Origin: Anaerolineae bacterium
GTDB lineage: Bacteria; Chloroflexota; Anaerolineae; CG2-30-64-16
Assembly: GCA_038214535.1 (NCBI GenBank)
Contig: JBBQRS010000012.1
Span: 517-64,516, forward strand
DNA length: 64,000 nucleotides
Reading direction: 5' to 3'
Position 1 is the first letter of the stretch; each line of letters starts with the position of its first letter. Both the position numbers and the translations under genes were made by a program. Positions 22,033 through 31,961 of the stretch are shown here, in pieces. The notes beneath the pieces are model-generated. The model searched no databases. It was given only the letters and a program-made list of their open reading frames with translations, and was not told where the DNA came from.

Positions 22033-23828
22033 CCCAATCCGCTATCGCCGAATCGGCTACCGCCTCCAACTCCCGGTCGCGCACCAACTCGACCCGGACC
22101 ACGGTTGCAGATCGCCGATTCGTCTTGTTCTGGCTGGCCGCGTTGGTTTTTTACGCGGGGACCCTGCTCTCTTTCTGGGCCGCTTATGACCGGAGCGCGG
22201 CTTTCGGTCGGCTTGCGGCCCTAACGGCCGGCCTGGTCGCGACCGCGGTGATCGCTCTGCTTGCCCGGCGCGGCCACCATGCGCTGATTGCCTGGATGGG
22301 CCTGGGCTGCCTCGCGCTTGCGGTGCTCATCGGCAGCTATTTCCTGCTGATCTACGATTGGCAAGCTGCCGGTGCCGGTAAGGTCGCGATCATCTATCGG
22401 CTTGGGCTTTGGCTTCAAGCCGTTCGGCCAACGATACCGTTGCCGTTTTCGGATGACATTAACGGCAATGTCGCCGGTGGGGCCTTAGTGCTGCTGCTCC
22501 CATTAGGTCTGGGCGGCGCAGGCTGGTTGATGCAAAATCGGTCCGCATCGCGGGTGGTCCGCCCTCTGGGCGGCGTCGCCGTTACCGCGGCAGCGATTTT
22601 CGTCCTTGCCGCCATCATGATGACCCTTTCGCGCGGGAGTTGGTTCGCTGTGGCCGCTTCCCTGGTCGCCGCAACCTACGTGGCGTGGCGCGGACGCATG
22701 GAAAAGGATCGTCTCTGGTTAGACGTGATCTTCTTCGCTGCGATTGCGGCTTTTCTCATTGGAATCTTCGCGCTGGCGGTACTCTGGCCCGGCTCGAGCG
22801 CCGGAGTCAGCGGCGTGGACGCCTTGCTCGGTTCAGCGACCGGCGTCGGCGGCTCAGGAGCCGGTAGAGTATCGCTCTGGCGAGACATGTTGCCTCTCGT
22901 TGCCGACTATCCCTTCACGGGGGGCGGCCTGGGCAGCACGATGATGGTCTTTTCGAGTTACATCTTGATGCTGCACGTCGGCTTCATCGGCCACGCACAC
23001 CATCTGTTTCTCCAGATCGCCGTCGAACAAGGGTTACCAGCCATGGTCGCCTTCAGTGTGATGACGGGAACCGCAGCATGGGGCGTGTTGCGTAGCGCGG
23101 CGCAGCCGGGCCGGAGACGCGATTTTCCCGCGTCGGCAGCCATCGCAGCGATCGTCGCCATGCTCATCCACGGCACAGTAGACGCCGGCACGTGGACCAG
23201 CAAGCTCGCGCCGGTGGTTTTCCTGCCGCTTGGCTTCGCGCTGGCGACTTGGGCGCTTCCAGTGTCCGACGGATTCAACTTACCGCGGAGTTCGGGGCGC
23301 ACCGCGTGGGCAGCAAGCGCACTGGCACTTGCCGCACTGTTCATCGTGGCCCTGTTGCCGTCCACTCGATCTGCGGTCCAATCCAACCTGGGGGCCGTCG
23401 CGCAAACCCGGGCCGAACTCGGTCTCTATGCGTGGCCGGAGTGGCCGATTCAGGACGCCGTGCGCCGCTCAGGTCAGATTGATCTGACGCCCGCCATGCG
23501 TCACTATGAGGCAGCCTTGAGCCTGAACCCGACCAATGCAGCCGCGAGCCGCCGGCTTGGTCAGATCGAGTTATCTCTGGGACAATACGAGGCGGCGACC
23601 AAACATATCCAGGCGGCCTTCGACGTCACGCCCGACCGGCGGCCCGAACGACAGCTTCTCGGGGAGATTCGAGCCATCAACGGCTCGCCGCAAGGCGCAG
23701 CGGAATTGTGGCGCACGATATCTTTGACCCATCAACAGTTGGCCCTGCGACATTGGTGGTACAATGAAATCGGTGAACCGGAGAAGGCCGCGCTCGTCGC
23801 TCAGGGCGCTCAACTCGCGGGGCAATAG
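22029..23828 (+). CDS. O-antigen ligase/polymerase (Wzy_C, WaaL-like) family membrane protein with C-terminal TPR repeats
   Basis: Multi-TM core with a periplasmic loop and the HNxFLQIAVEQG motif typical of the O-antigen ligase family. The C-terminus shows TPR-like YEAALSLNP...LGQYEAA. TTG start overlapping the upstream stop. Confidence 0.55.
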
Positions 23829-23974
23829 TGGCGCCCGTGGGTGAACGAGCGTCGAATCATCGTCGTTTCCGGGCGACCCAAATATCCAGGAACGGATGAT
23901 TAGCGCCATCCGACCCGATTTGTAATTTATATCGAAACCGCGCGTAAGCGCACAGCAAAGGAGTTCTCTACCTC

Positions 23975-24910
23975 ATGCCAGAACGCATCCTGGTGACCGG
24001 CGGCGCCGGTTTTATTGGTTCGCACATCGTTGACGCCTTCCTGACGGCAGGCCACGAGGTCATCGTGGTTGATAACCTGCATACCGGACATCGCGAAAAC
24101 GTCAATCTGGCGGCCCGGTTCTACGAACTGGACATCCGGGACGCCGATGGTCTGATGCGGTTGATGCTGGCGGAAAAACCAACCGCCATTTCGCATCAAG
24201 CGGCCCTGGCCGATGTGCGTGGCAGCCTGCGCGAGCCGGCCCTTTATGCAACCGTCAACGTCGTCGGCACGATCAACATCCTGGAAGCCGCGCGCGCCGC
24301 GGGAACCGTGCGTAAGCTGCTCTTCGCGTCCACCGGCGGCGCGATCTATGGCAATGCGGAAGAACTCCCCGCCACCGAAGCCTGCCCACCCCACCCACTG
24401 GATCCCTACGGTTCGAGCAAGCTCTCCAGTGAGCACTTCATTGACAACTATCGCCATAATTATGGCCTGGACTACTGTATTCTGCGCTATGCCAATGTTT
24501 ACGGCCCCCGCCAGGACCCGCGTGGCGAGGCCGGCGTCGTCGCGATTTTCACCGGCGCAATGCTCGAAGGCCGCCCGACCGTTATCAACGGCGATGGCAC
24601 GCAGCAACGTGATTTTCTATACGTCGGCGATGTCGCCCGCGCCAACGTGCGCGCCGTCGAGCAGGGTCAGGGCATATGCAACCTTGGCACCGGCGTTCCC
24701 ACCGACATCAACACGATCTTCCGCGAACTGGCGAGGCTGACCGAATACGAACAGCCCGAACGTCACGGCCCGGCGAAGCAGGGCGAGGCTTACGCCGTCT
24801 ACCTTGACGCAGGCCGCGCAGGTCGCGAACTCGATTGGCAGGCCACCGTATCGCTCACCGATGGCCTTTCCCGCACCGTAGATTTCTTCGCCGGCCAACA
24901 GGGACAATAA
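23975..24910 (+). CDS. NAD-dependent epimerase (UDP-glucose 4-epimerase GalE-like)
   Basis: TGGAGFIGSH Rossmann motif and the YGSSK catalytic YxxxK. AAAGGAG RBS. Confidence 0.7.
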   Translation: MPERILVTGGAGFIGSHIVDAFLTAGHEVIVVDNLHTGHRENVNLAARFYELDIRDADGLMRLMLAEKPTAISHQAALADVRGSLREPALYATVNVVGTINILEAARAAGTVRKLLFASTGGAIYGNAEELPATEACPPHPLDPYGSSKLSSEHFIDNYRHNYGLDYCILRYANVYGPRQDPRGEAGVVAIFTGAMLEGRPTVINGDGTQQRDFLYVGDVARANVRAVEQGQGICNLGTGVPTDINTIFRELARLTEYEQPERHGPAKQGEAYAVYLDAGRAGRELDWQATVSLTDGLSRTVDFFAGQQGQ

Positions 24911-24916
24911 GCTTAC

Positions 24917-25897
24917 ATGCGTTATCTCGTCACCGGTGGAGCCGGTTTCATCGGCAGTCATCTCTGTGAGCTATTGCTCAGTCAGGGCCACCGTGTCGTC
25001 GCCGTAGATAATCTCGCCACGGGGCAGTTGACGAACATCGCCCACCTGCAACCCCTGCCGCACTTTCAGTTCGTGCGCGAGACGATCATGAACACACAGG
25101 TGCTCGATCGTCTCACCAGCGAATCCGACGCCGTGATTCACCTGGCGGCGGCCGTGGGCGTTCAACTCATCATCCAGGACCCGGTGTATACCATCCAGAC
25201 CAACATCAACGGCACGGAAGCCGTCTTGACGGCCGCGCACCGCTACGGCTGCAAGGTGCTCATCGCCTCGACCTCGGAAGTCTACGGCAAGGGCGTGCGC
25301 GTGCCTTTCCGCGAGGACGATGACAGCCTGATGGGGCCAACCTCGCGCAGCCGTTGGGCTTACGCCACGTCTAAAGCAGTAGACGAATTCCTGGGTTTGG
25401 CTTACTTCCGTCAGTTTGGCCTGCCGGTCGTCATTGCCCGGCTGTTCAATACCGTCGGCCCGCGCCAGACAGGGCAATACGGCATGGTCGTGCCGCGTTT
25501 TGTTCGGCAGGCGCTGCGCGGTGAGACGCTGACCGTCTATGGTGACGGTAGCCAATCGCGCTGCTTCTCCGACGTTGCGGACATCACGCGGGCATTGGCG
25601 CAACTCGCCGAACACCCCACCGCAGTTGGCGAGGTGTTCAACGTCGGTGCAACTCAGGAAATCACCATCCTCGACCTGGCCCATAGAATCATCGCGCTCT
25701 CCGGCAGCGGCTCCGAAATCGAGCTGGTGCCTTACGATCAAGCCTACGGGATCGGCTTCGAGGACATGCAGCGTCGCGTGCCCAGCATCGAGAAGATCGC
25801 TGAGGCCATCGGCTATGCTCCTCGCAACACGTTGGACGATACGTTGCACAAAGTCATCGCCTACGAACGAATCAAGCTGGAGCAAGATGGTCAGTAA
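24917..25897 (+). CDS. NAD-dependent epimerase/dehydratase (UDP-glucuronate decarboxylase-like)
   Basis: TGGAGFIGSH motif, YATSK catalytic motif, extended SDR fold. Confidence 0.65.
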   Translation: MRYLVTGGAGFIGSHLCELLLSQGHRVVAVDNLATGQLTNIAHLQPLPHFQFVRETIMNTQVLDRLTSESDAVIHLAAAVGVQLIIQDPVYTIQTNINGTEAVLTAAHRYGCKVLIASTSEVYGKGVRVPFREDDDSLMGPTSRSRWAYATSKAVDEFLGLAYFRQFGLPVVIARLFNTVGPRQTGQYGMVVPRFVRQALRGETLTVYGDGSQSRCFSDVADITRALAQLAEHPTAVGEVFNVGATQEITILDLAHRIIALSGSGSEIELVPYDQAYGIGFEDMQRRVPSIEKIAEAIGYAPRNTLDDTLHKVIAYERIKLEQDGQ

Positions 25898-26837
25898 GAT
25901 CGAGCAGACCCATCCAGCCGACCCGGTTGACGCAGGAGAGATTGTCTCCACGTCGCGAGACGCGACGTCGCCTCCCGTGGGCCATCCTCTCACCACTGCG
26001 GGGCCGCTCCAGACAACGCTCATCAAACCCGACAGTGGCCTTATGCTGCCCGACCTGGGCGCGGTGTGGGAATATCGGGAACTGCTGCTTTTCCTGGTGT
26101 GGCGCGATGTAAAAGTCCGTTACAAGCAGACCGCGCTGGGCGTCGGCTGGATCTTGCTGCAACCGCTGCTCAGCGTAATCGTGTTCACGGTCATCTTTGG
26201 CATGTTGCTCAACGTGCCTTCCGGCGACGTGCCTTACCCGGTCTTCGCATTGGCCGGTCTGCTGCCCTGGCAATATTTCTCCAGTTCGATGAGCCGCGTC
26301 GGCACAAGCCTGGTCAATAGCTCCCAACTCATCACCAAAGTCTACTTCCCGCGGCTGATTATCCCGGCCTCCGGCGTGCTCTCGACTCTGGTAGATTTCG
26401 GAATCGGCTTCATTGTCCTGCTGGCGCTCCTGTTGTTCTATCGTATGCCGATCTCGCCACGCATCGCGTGGATCGTGCCCTTCTTGCTTCTCGCCATCAT
26501 CACCGCGTTGGCGTTTGGCCTCTGGCTGGCGGCGCTCAACGTGCGCTATCGCGACATCAACTACCTGATCCCGTTTCTGCTCCAACTCTGGATGTATGTC
26601 ACACCCGTCATCTACGGTAGCGCGATCATCCCTGAGCGTTACCGCTTTCTACTGGCGCTCAACCCGATGACGGTCGTCGTAGAGGGTTTCCGCTGGGCCA
26701 TCATCGGCAAACAGAGTACGGATTCTGTGATTTCGATCCCACTGTTCGCCGTTTCGATCCTGATTACACTGGTGACGTTCGTGTCCGGTCTGATCTACTT
26801 CCGTAAGACCGAACGAACTTTCTCTGATATCATCTGA
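25887..26837 (+). CDS. ABC-2 type polysaccharide export permease (Wzm-like)
   Basis: Wzm-like N-terminus (VRYKQTALGVGW), six TM segments, immediately upstream of the ATPase gene. Confidence 0.7.
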   Translation: MVSKIEQTHPADPVDAGEIVSTSRDATSPPVGHPLTTAGPLQTTLIKPDSGLMLPDLGAVWEYRELLLFLVWRDVKVRYKQTALGVGWILLQPLLSVIVFTVIFGMLLNVPSGDVPYPVFALAGLLPWQYFSSSMSRVGTSLVNSSQLITKVYFPRLIIPASGVLSTLVDFGIGFIVLLALLLFYRMPISPRIAWIVPFLLLAIITALAFGLWLAALNVRYRDINYLIPFLLQLWMYVTPVIYGSAIIPERYRFLLALNPMTVVVEGFRWAIIGKQSTDSVISIPLFAVSILITLVTFVSGLIYFRKTERTFSDII

Positions 26838-26842
26838 CAATA

Positions 26843-28129
26843 ATGACTGAAACCGTTATCCAGGTCGAGCATCTCTCGAAAATGTTCCATATCGGACGGT
26901 CGCGCCAGCAGCATGACACGCTGCGCGATTCGCTGATGGCCGGCCTGAAATCCACCACAGGGCGCTTACGACGCCAGGACCCGGCAACAGACCAGGCCCG
27001 CGACGATTCTTTCTGGGCGCTTCAGGATATTTCGTTTGAAGTTCAGCCGGGTGAAATCGTTGGCATTATCGGTCGCAACGGGGCCGGCAAAAGCACACTC
27101 CTGAAGATTCTCTCCCGCATCACCGAGCCGACGCAAGGCCAGGCCCTCATCCACGGTCGGGTCGGATCGCTGTTGGAGGTCGGCACCGGCTTTCACCCTG
27201 AGCTTACAGGGCGCGAGAACATTTACCTGAACGGCGCGATCCTGGGCATGCGGCGCACGGAAATCGAGCAGAAGTTCGACGAGATCGTCTCTTTTGCAGA
27301 AATCGAGCAGTTCCTGGAAACGCCCGTCAAACGCTACTCCAGCGGCATGTATGTGCGGCTGGCCTTTGCCGTAGCCGCGCACCTCGAACCGGAAATCCTG
27401 CTCGTTGACGAAGTGCTGGCCGTCGGTGACATGGAGTTCCAACGCAAATGCCTCGGCAAGATGGGCGATGTCGCGAAAACCGGCCGCACGGTGCTATTTG
27501 TCAGCCACAACATGGCCGCCATCGAGGGCCTGTGTACACATGGCGTCCTGTTGAAAAAAGGTCGCGTAACCAGTTACGGTCCCGTAAAAGACGTGATTGA
27601 GGATTATCTTGCCGACCAAAAGGCTCCGGCAGCGCGCAGTGTGGGTGGCGTCCTCGGCCAGGATCCAACCAGCGGCGTATCCATTCTCGACATCGGCCCG
27701 CTCGACCGTAACGGCGCGTTCGTGCCCATGACCCGCAGCGGCGATGATCTGAACCTTGCGGTCACCCTGCAACTCGAACGCGCCATCCCGCGTGCGACGG
27801 TCACCATCGGTTTGAATGATGTCTATGGCACCCGCACCACGGTCCTGCACAGCAGCATCGCCGGCTTCCCGCTCTCACTCGATACCGGCGCGCAGATGGT
27901 CACCGTCCACATACCGAAATTCCAGCTCAAAGCGGGCAGCTACACCATGGATGTCCAGGTCTTTTCAGGCATGGAGAGCGTCCTCTGGGCGCCGAGCCTG
28001 GGCCCGCTGATGGTTGAATCGGGAGACTTTTACGGCAGCGGCAAGTTACCGGACGCATCATGGGCAGGCTACTTCTATGCCTCCCAGGCATGGAAGGCCG
28101 CCCCATCCGCAGAGGGCCAAAAATCGTGA
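26843..28129 (+). CDS. ABC polysaccharide export ATP-binding protein (Wzt-like) with ~170-aa C-terminal extension
   Basis: Walker A GRNGAGKST, signature YSSGM, Walker B LLVDEVLAVGD, plus an extra C-terminal beta-rich domain as in the Wzt glycan-binding domains. Confidence 0.75.
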   Translation: MTETVIQVEHLSKMFHIGRSRQQHDTLRDSLMAGLKSTTGRLRRQDPATDQARDDSFWALQDISFEVQPGEIVGIIGRNGAGKSTLLKILSRITEPTQGQALIHGRVGSLLEVGTGFHPELTGRENIYLNGAILGMRRTEIEQKFDEIVSFAEIEQFLETPVKRYSSGMYVRLAFAVAAHLEPEILLVDEVLAVGDMEFQRKCLGKMGDVAKTGRTVLFVSHNMAAIEGLCTHGVLLKKGRVTSYGPVKDVIEDYLADQKAPAARSVGGVLGQDPTSGVSILDIGPLDRNGAFVPMTRSGDDLNLAVTLQLERAIPRATVTIGLNDVYGTRTTVLHSSIAGFPLSLDTGAQMVTVHIPKFQLKAGSYTMDVQVFSGMESVLWAPSLGPLMVESGDFYGSGKLPDASWAGYFYASQAWKAAPSAEGQKS

Positions 28130-29076
28130 CGCCGACCGTTTCCGTAGTTCTGCCAACCCACAATGGCCGGCGTTACATCCGCCAGTCCCTCGACAGCGTG
28201 TTGGCGCAAACTCTAGGCGATTTCGAGCTAATCGTTGTAGACGATGCTTCGACCGATGACACGGCCGCGATCGTCGGTGAATACAACGACGCCAGGCTCC
28301 GTCTGATCCGCTTGACCGAAAACGCCAAATTGCCGGGCGCGCTCAATATCGGCTTCCGCGCCACCCGCGCCCCATTTCTCACCTGGACGTCGGATGACAA
28401 CTGGTATGCGCCCGATGCCCTGGAGAAACTACACGCACAACTGCATCGTGACCCGGCGTTGGGCATGGTATACGCCCATGCCTATCTGGTGGACGATTCA
28501 GGCCAGACCGTCGGCGAAGCTCCCGTCCGCCCGATGTCCGGGTTCGATGATAATCCCTGGAATCCTGTCGGCGCATGTTTCATGTACACACGGGCGGCTT
28601 ACGAGCGCGTGGGCGATTACAATGAATCCTACCGACTGGTCGAGGATTTCGATTATTGGTTGCGCATTGCCGCCGCCTTCCCCACGACCATCCTGGCGGA
28701 ATATCTGTACTATTATCGCGTCCATGCAGGTTCCTTAACGGGCCAGCACAGCTTTCACGGCGCTCGTCTCACGATGGACCTTTTGCGCGACGGCGGCTAC
28801 ATGTCTCCGGCAGCGCACAAGCGTTGGATTGCCTGGCTCGACCACAACCAGGCCTATGATGCCTGGAAGAATAAGCACAATCGGCGCGAAACCTTTCATT
28901 ACGCTTCGAGCGCCCTCTCCGGCGACGCGCAGTACTGGAAAGACAAAGGGGTCGTGCGCGCATTGGTGTGGGCTTTAATCGGCGACGGGCTGTATGAGCA
29001 GCTTCAACGACTCAAACCCACGGAAACCGTCGCCCCCGCCATGCCGGGCTTTATTGAGGAGAATCACAAAGAATGA
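28126..29076 (+). CDS. GT2 family glycosyltransferase
   Basis: VSVVLPTHNG...DDASTD...DDN motifs (GT-A fold, DXD). GTG start overlapping the upstream stop. Confidence 0.65.
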   Translation: MTPTVSVVLPTHNGRRYIRQSLDSVLAQTLGDFELIVVDDASTDDTAAIVGEYNDARLRLIRLTENAKLPGALNIGFRATRAPFLTWTSDDNWYAPDALEKLHAQLHRDPALGMVYAHAYLVDDSGQTVGEAPVRPMSGFDDNPWNPVGACFMYTRAAYERVGDYNESYRLVEDFDYWLRIAAAFPTTILAEYLYYYRVHAGSLTGQHSFHGARLTMDLLRDGGYMSPAAHKRWIAWLDHNQAYDAWKNKHNRRETFHYASSALSGDAQYWKDKGVVRALVWALIGDGLYEQLQRLKPTETVAPAMPGFIEENHKE

Positions 29077-30500
29077 AACGAACTGCCTGGCTCCTCGCCA
29101 TGCTGGTCGTGGTTTCCATACTGCTGCCTGCATGGCCCGCACGCGCCCAACAAGGCACCGGCTGGAGCGCCCCGGTTGACATGACCGAAGGCAGCGACGT
29201 GGATAAAGGCGGCTTCAGCTACCTGTTGTGCGATCCCTACCAGAACGATCACCTCGTCTGGGCGGCTCGCATCGGCGATCTCGCGTATATCTACTATCAA
29301 ACCGATAAGAGCGGTGAATGGAGCCAACCGAGTGACATCATCGCCACCACGGATCCGCTTGTCACCGGCCCTGTCGCCGTCATCTCGCCGGCAGACAATC
29401 GGATTCACCTGACCTGGGCGAGCACCGTCTTTGGCGGGCGATTCTATTACAGCAATGCACCCCTCGATAACGCCGCCGACGCGAACGCCTGGTCAAAACC
29501 GATCCTGCTTCATCAAGCCATCGGCGGATTGTTTGCGGCCATGGCCGTTGAGCCGTCCGGCGTATTGCACGTCGCTTATGGCGTGCCCAACGACAACGCG
29601 CTGCAACCGGCGCTCGAGCACATCACTTCGACCGATAGCGGCAAAACCTGGTCGCCCCCGACCACCATCTTTTCCACCAACGTGCCGACCGAGTCAACGA
29701 TCTACACCATGATGACGATTGATGATACCGGTAAGATGCACCTCACCTACAACATCCGCTCATTCGAGTACGGCGCTTATTCTGAAGCCGGGTATCTCAC
29801 CTCAAAAGACGAGGGGCAAACCTGGACCCAGGATACGCGCATCGGCGGTAAATCAACCACGTCCCCCGGCCTGGATTATTTGGGCGTCTATACCTTTGGC
29901 GATAACGAGATTCACCTCACCTGGCACGAGCCCCGGCGCATGCATCAATATTCCACCGATGGCGGCGCAACCTGGAGCAAGCCCGCGGAAATCGTCTCCC
30001 TGGGGGCCGCGTTTGGCGGATACAACAAGATCGTGCGGGATAGCGGCGGCAATTTACGCGCCATCACAGGCGTCGCCGACGGCCTGTACGCTGTGCCCTT
30101 CCGCAACGGCGGATGGCTGCCCCCCGAACAAATTGATAATCGTTATCTCGATCCGCACTATTGGAATATGGTGGTCTGCGGAGGCAACCGGCTTTCAGCC
30201 GTCTTCACCGATCGCCTTGGGTCAGAGCACGTCTGGTACTTTACCCGGCAACTTCCGGTCTCGGCCATCGCCCGGCAACCGATCCCGGCTCCTGCGGCCA
30301 CATTCACACCTTCACCTGCCGCGGAGGCAACGCCCGCCGCGGTACAAGAAGTCGCCGCCGTATCCGCGAATGCACCCATTGCAGACACTTCCGCCGGAAT
30401 CCCCCCGCCATCGAATACCTCCACCATGCTGGTTCTGGCGATCGCGATTCTACCCGTGTTGGCTCTGATTGCGGGTGTATTCGTGTTCAAGTTCCGCTGA
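29073..30500 (+). CDS. Secreted BNR/Asp-box-like beta-propeller protein with C-terminal membrane anchor
   Basis: Signal peptide MKRTAWLLAMLVVVSILLPAWPARA. SxDxGxTW motifs (STDSGKTWS, SKDEGQTWT, STDGGATWS). C-terminal TM plus KFR. Confidence 0.55.
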   Translation: MKRTAWLLAMLVVVSILLPAWPARAQQGTGWSAPVDMTEGSDVDKGGFSYLLCDPYQNDHLVWAARIGDLAYIYYQTDKSGEWSQPSDIIATTDPLVTGPVAVISPADNRIHLTWASTVFGGRFYYSNAPLDNAADANAWSKPILLHQAIGGLFAAMAVEPSGVLHVAYGVPNDNALQPALEHITSTDSGKTWSPPTTIFSTNVPTESTIYTMMTIDDTGKMHLTYNIRSFEYGAYSEAGYLTSKDEGQTWTQDTRIGGKSTTSPGLDYLGVYTFGDNEIHLTWHEPRRMHQYSTDGGATWSKPAEIVSLGAAFGGYNKIVRDSGGNLRAITGVADGLYAVPFRNGGWLPPEQIDNRYLDPHYWNMVVCGGNRLSAVFTDRLGSEHVWYFTRQLPVSAIARQPIPAPAATFTPSPAAEATPAAVQEVAAVSANAPIADTSAGIPPPSNTSTMLVLAIAILPVLALIAGVFVFKFR

Positions 30501-30512
30501 GGTTCACGGCCA

Positions 30513-31061
30513 ATGCAATTTACCGAGACAACGATTCCCTCCGTCATTCTGGTCGAACCCAAAGTCTTCGGCGACGCGCGCGGCTTCTTCATGGAAGCCT
30601 ACGAGCTACGCAAGTTCGCCGGAGGCGGCATCACTGCGGCCTTCGTCCAGGACAATCAGTCCGGCTCACACCAGGGCGCGTTGCGCGGCCTGCACTATCA
30701 GATCCGTCAAGCGCAGGGTAAACTCGTGCGCGCCATCGTCGGCGAAATCTTCGATGTCGCCGTAGACCTCCGCCGGTCCTCGCCCACCTTCGGGCGCTAC
30801 GTCGGCGAGATTCTCACCGCCGAAAACAAACGCCAACTCTGGATTCCACCCGGCTTCGCCCACGGGTTCTACGTGCTAAGCGACTGGGCCGAAGTGCTCT
30901 ACAAAGCAACCGACTACTATGCCCCGGAATGGGATCGCACCCTGCGTTGGGACGACCCCGACCTCGCTATTCCCTGGCCGCTCATCAACGGGCAACCTCC
31001 GACGCTTTCCGAGAAAGACGCCCGCGGCAGCAGCCTGGCCGACGCCGACCTGTTTGTCTGA
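30513..31061 (+). CDS. rmlC: dTDP-4-dehydrorhamnose 3,5-epimerase
   Basis: Cupin RmlC motifs (GFFMEAY, RGLHYQ, WIPPGFAHGF) at 182 aa. Confidence 0.8.
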   Translation: MQFTETTIPSVILVEPKVFGDARGFFMEAYELRKFAGGGITAAFVQDNQSGSHQGALRGLHYQIRQAQGKLVRAIVGEIFDVAVDLRRSSPTFGRYVGEILTAENKRQLWIPPGFAHGFYVLSDWAEVLYKATDYYAPEWDRTLRWDDPDLAIPWPLINGQPPTLSEKDARGSSLADADLFV

Positions 31062-31097
31062 TGCCTTTGATCGTTCATTCCTGAGGAGTTAACGTAT

Positions 31098-31958
31098 ATG
31101 CGTGTTCTCGTTACCGGCGCTCGCGGCATGATGGGCATGGATGTATGTCGGGTCTTTACCGGGCAACATGAAGTGGTCGCGACCAACATCGAAGAACTCG
31201 ACGTGCGGGACGCAGACGCAGTCCTCAAGTTCGCTGAACAGGTCCAGCCCGACCTCGTGCTCCATCTTGCGGCCGCGACCGATGTGGACGAATGCGAACG
31301 CAATCCGGACGCCGCGTATCTCGCCAACACGATCGGCACACGCAACGTCGCGCTCGCATGCCAACGCACCGACGCCGAGATGGTCTATATTTCTACCATC
31401 GCCGTGTTTGACGGTCACAAGACCGAACCGTATACCGAATACGATGAACCTGGCCCCCTGAGCGTTTATGGGCGCTCCAAATACGAGGGCGAGCGCATTG
31501 TCCGCAGCCTGCTGAATCGCTATTACGTCGTGCGTGCGGGTTGGATGTTTGGCGGACGTGAACAGGACAAGAAATTCGTCGCCAAAATCCTGGCGTTGGC
31601 GGCTGAAAAACCCTCGCTCACCGTGGTGGACGATAAGTTCGGTTCACCAACCTATTCGGTAGACATCGCGAACGGGTTGCTCAACCTCACGGACACAGGC
31701 TATTACGGAACCTATCACCTGGTCGGAACCGGCCCGTATTGTAGCCGGCTGGCTTTTGCCGAAACCATCCTTGAGTACGCAGGCGTCACTTCCTGCACCA
31801 TCAACCCCATTTCGTCGGCCAGCTTTCCCCTGGCCGCGCCCCGCCCCCGCATGGAGGCAGCGCGCAACTATCACCTGGAACTGATGAGCATGCAACTCAT
31901 GCGACCCTGGCGCGAATCGTTGCGCGAATACCTCGCAGAGTTGGGCGCGAAAGGTTAG
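31098..31958 (+). CDS. rmlD: dTDP-4-dehydrorhamnose reductase
   Basis: VLVTGARGMMG N-terminus and the YGRSK catalytic motif, at 286 aa. Confidence 0.75.
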   Translation: MRVLVTGARGMMGMDVCRVFTGQHEVVATNIEELDVRDADAVLKFAEQVQPDLVLHLAAATDVDECERNPDAAYLANTIGTRNVALACQRTDAEMVYISTIAVFDGHKTEPYTEYDEPGPLSVYGRSKYEGERIVRSLLNRYYVVRAGWMFGGREQDKKFVAKILALAAEKPSLTVVDDKFGSPTYSVDIANGLLNLTDTGYYGTYHLVGTGPYCSRLAFAETILEYAGVTSCTINPISSASFPLAAPRPRMEAARNYHLELMSMQLMRPWRESLREYLAELGAKG

Positions 31959-31961
31959 CTC

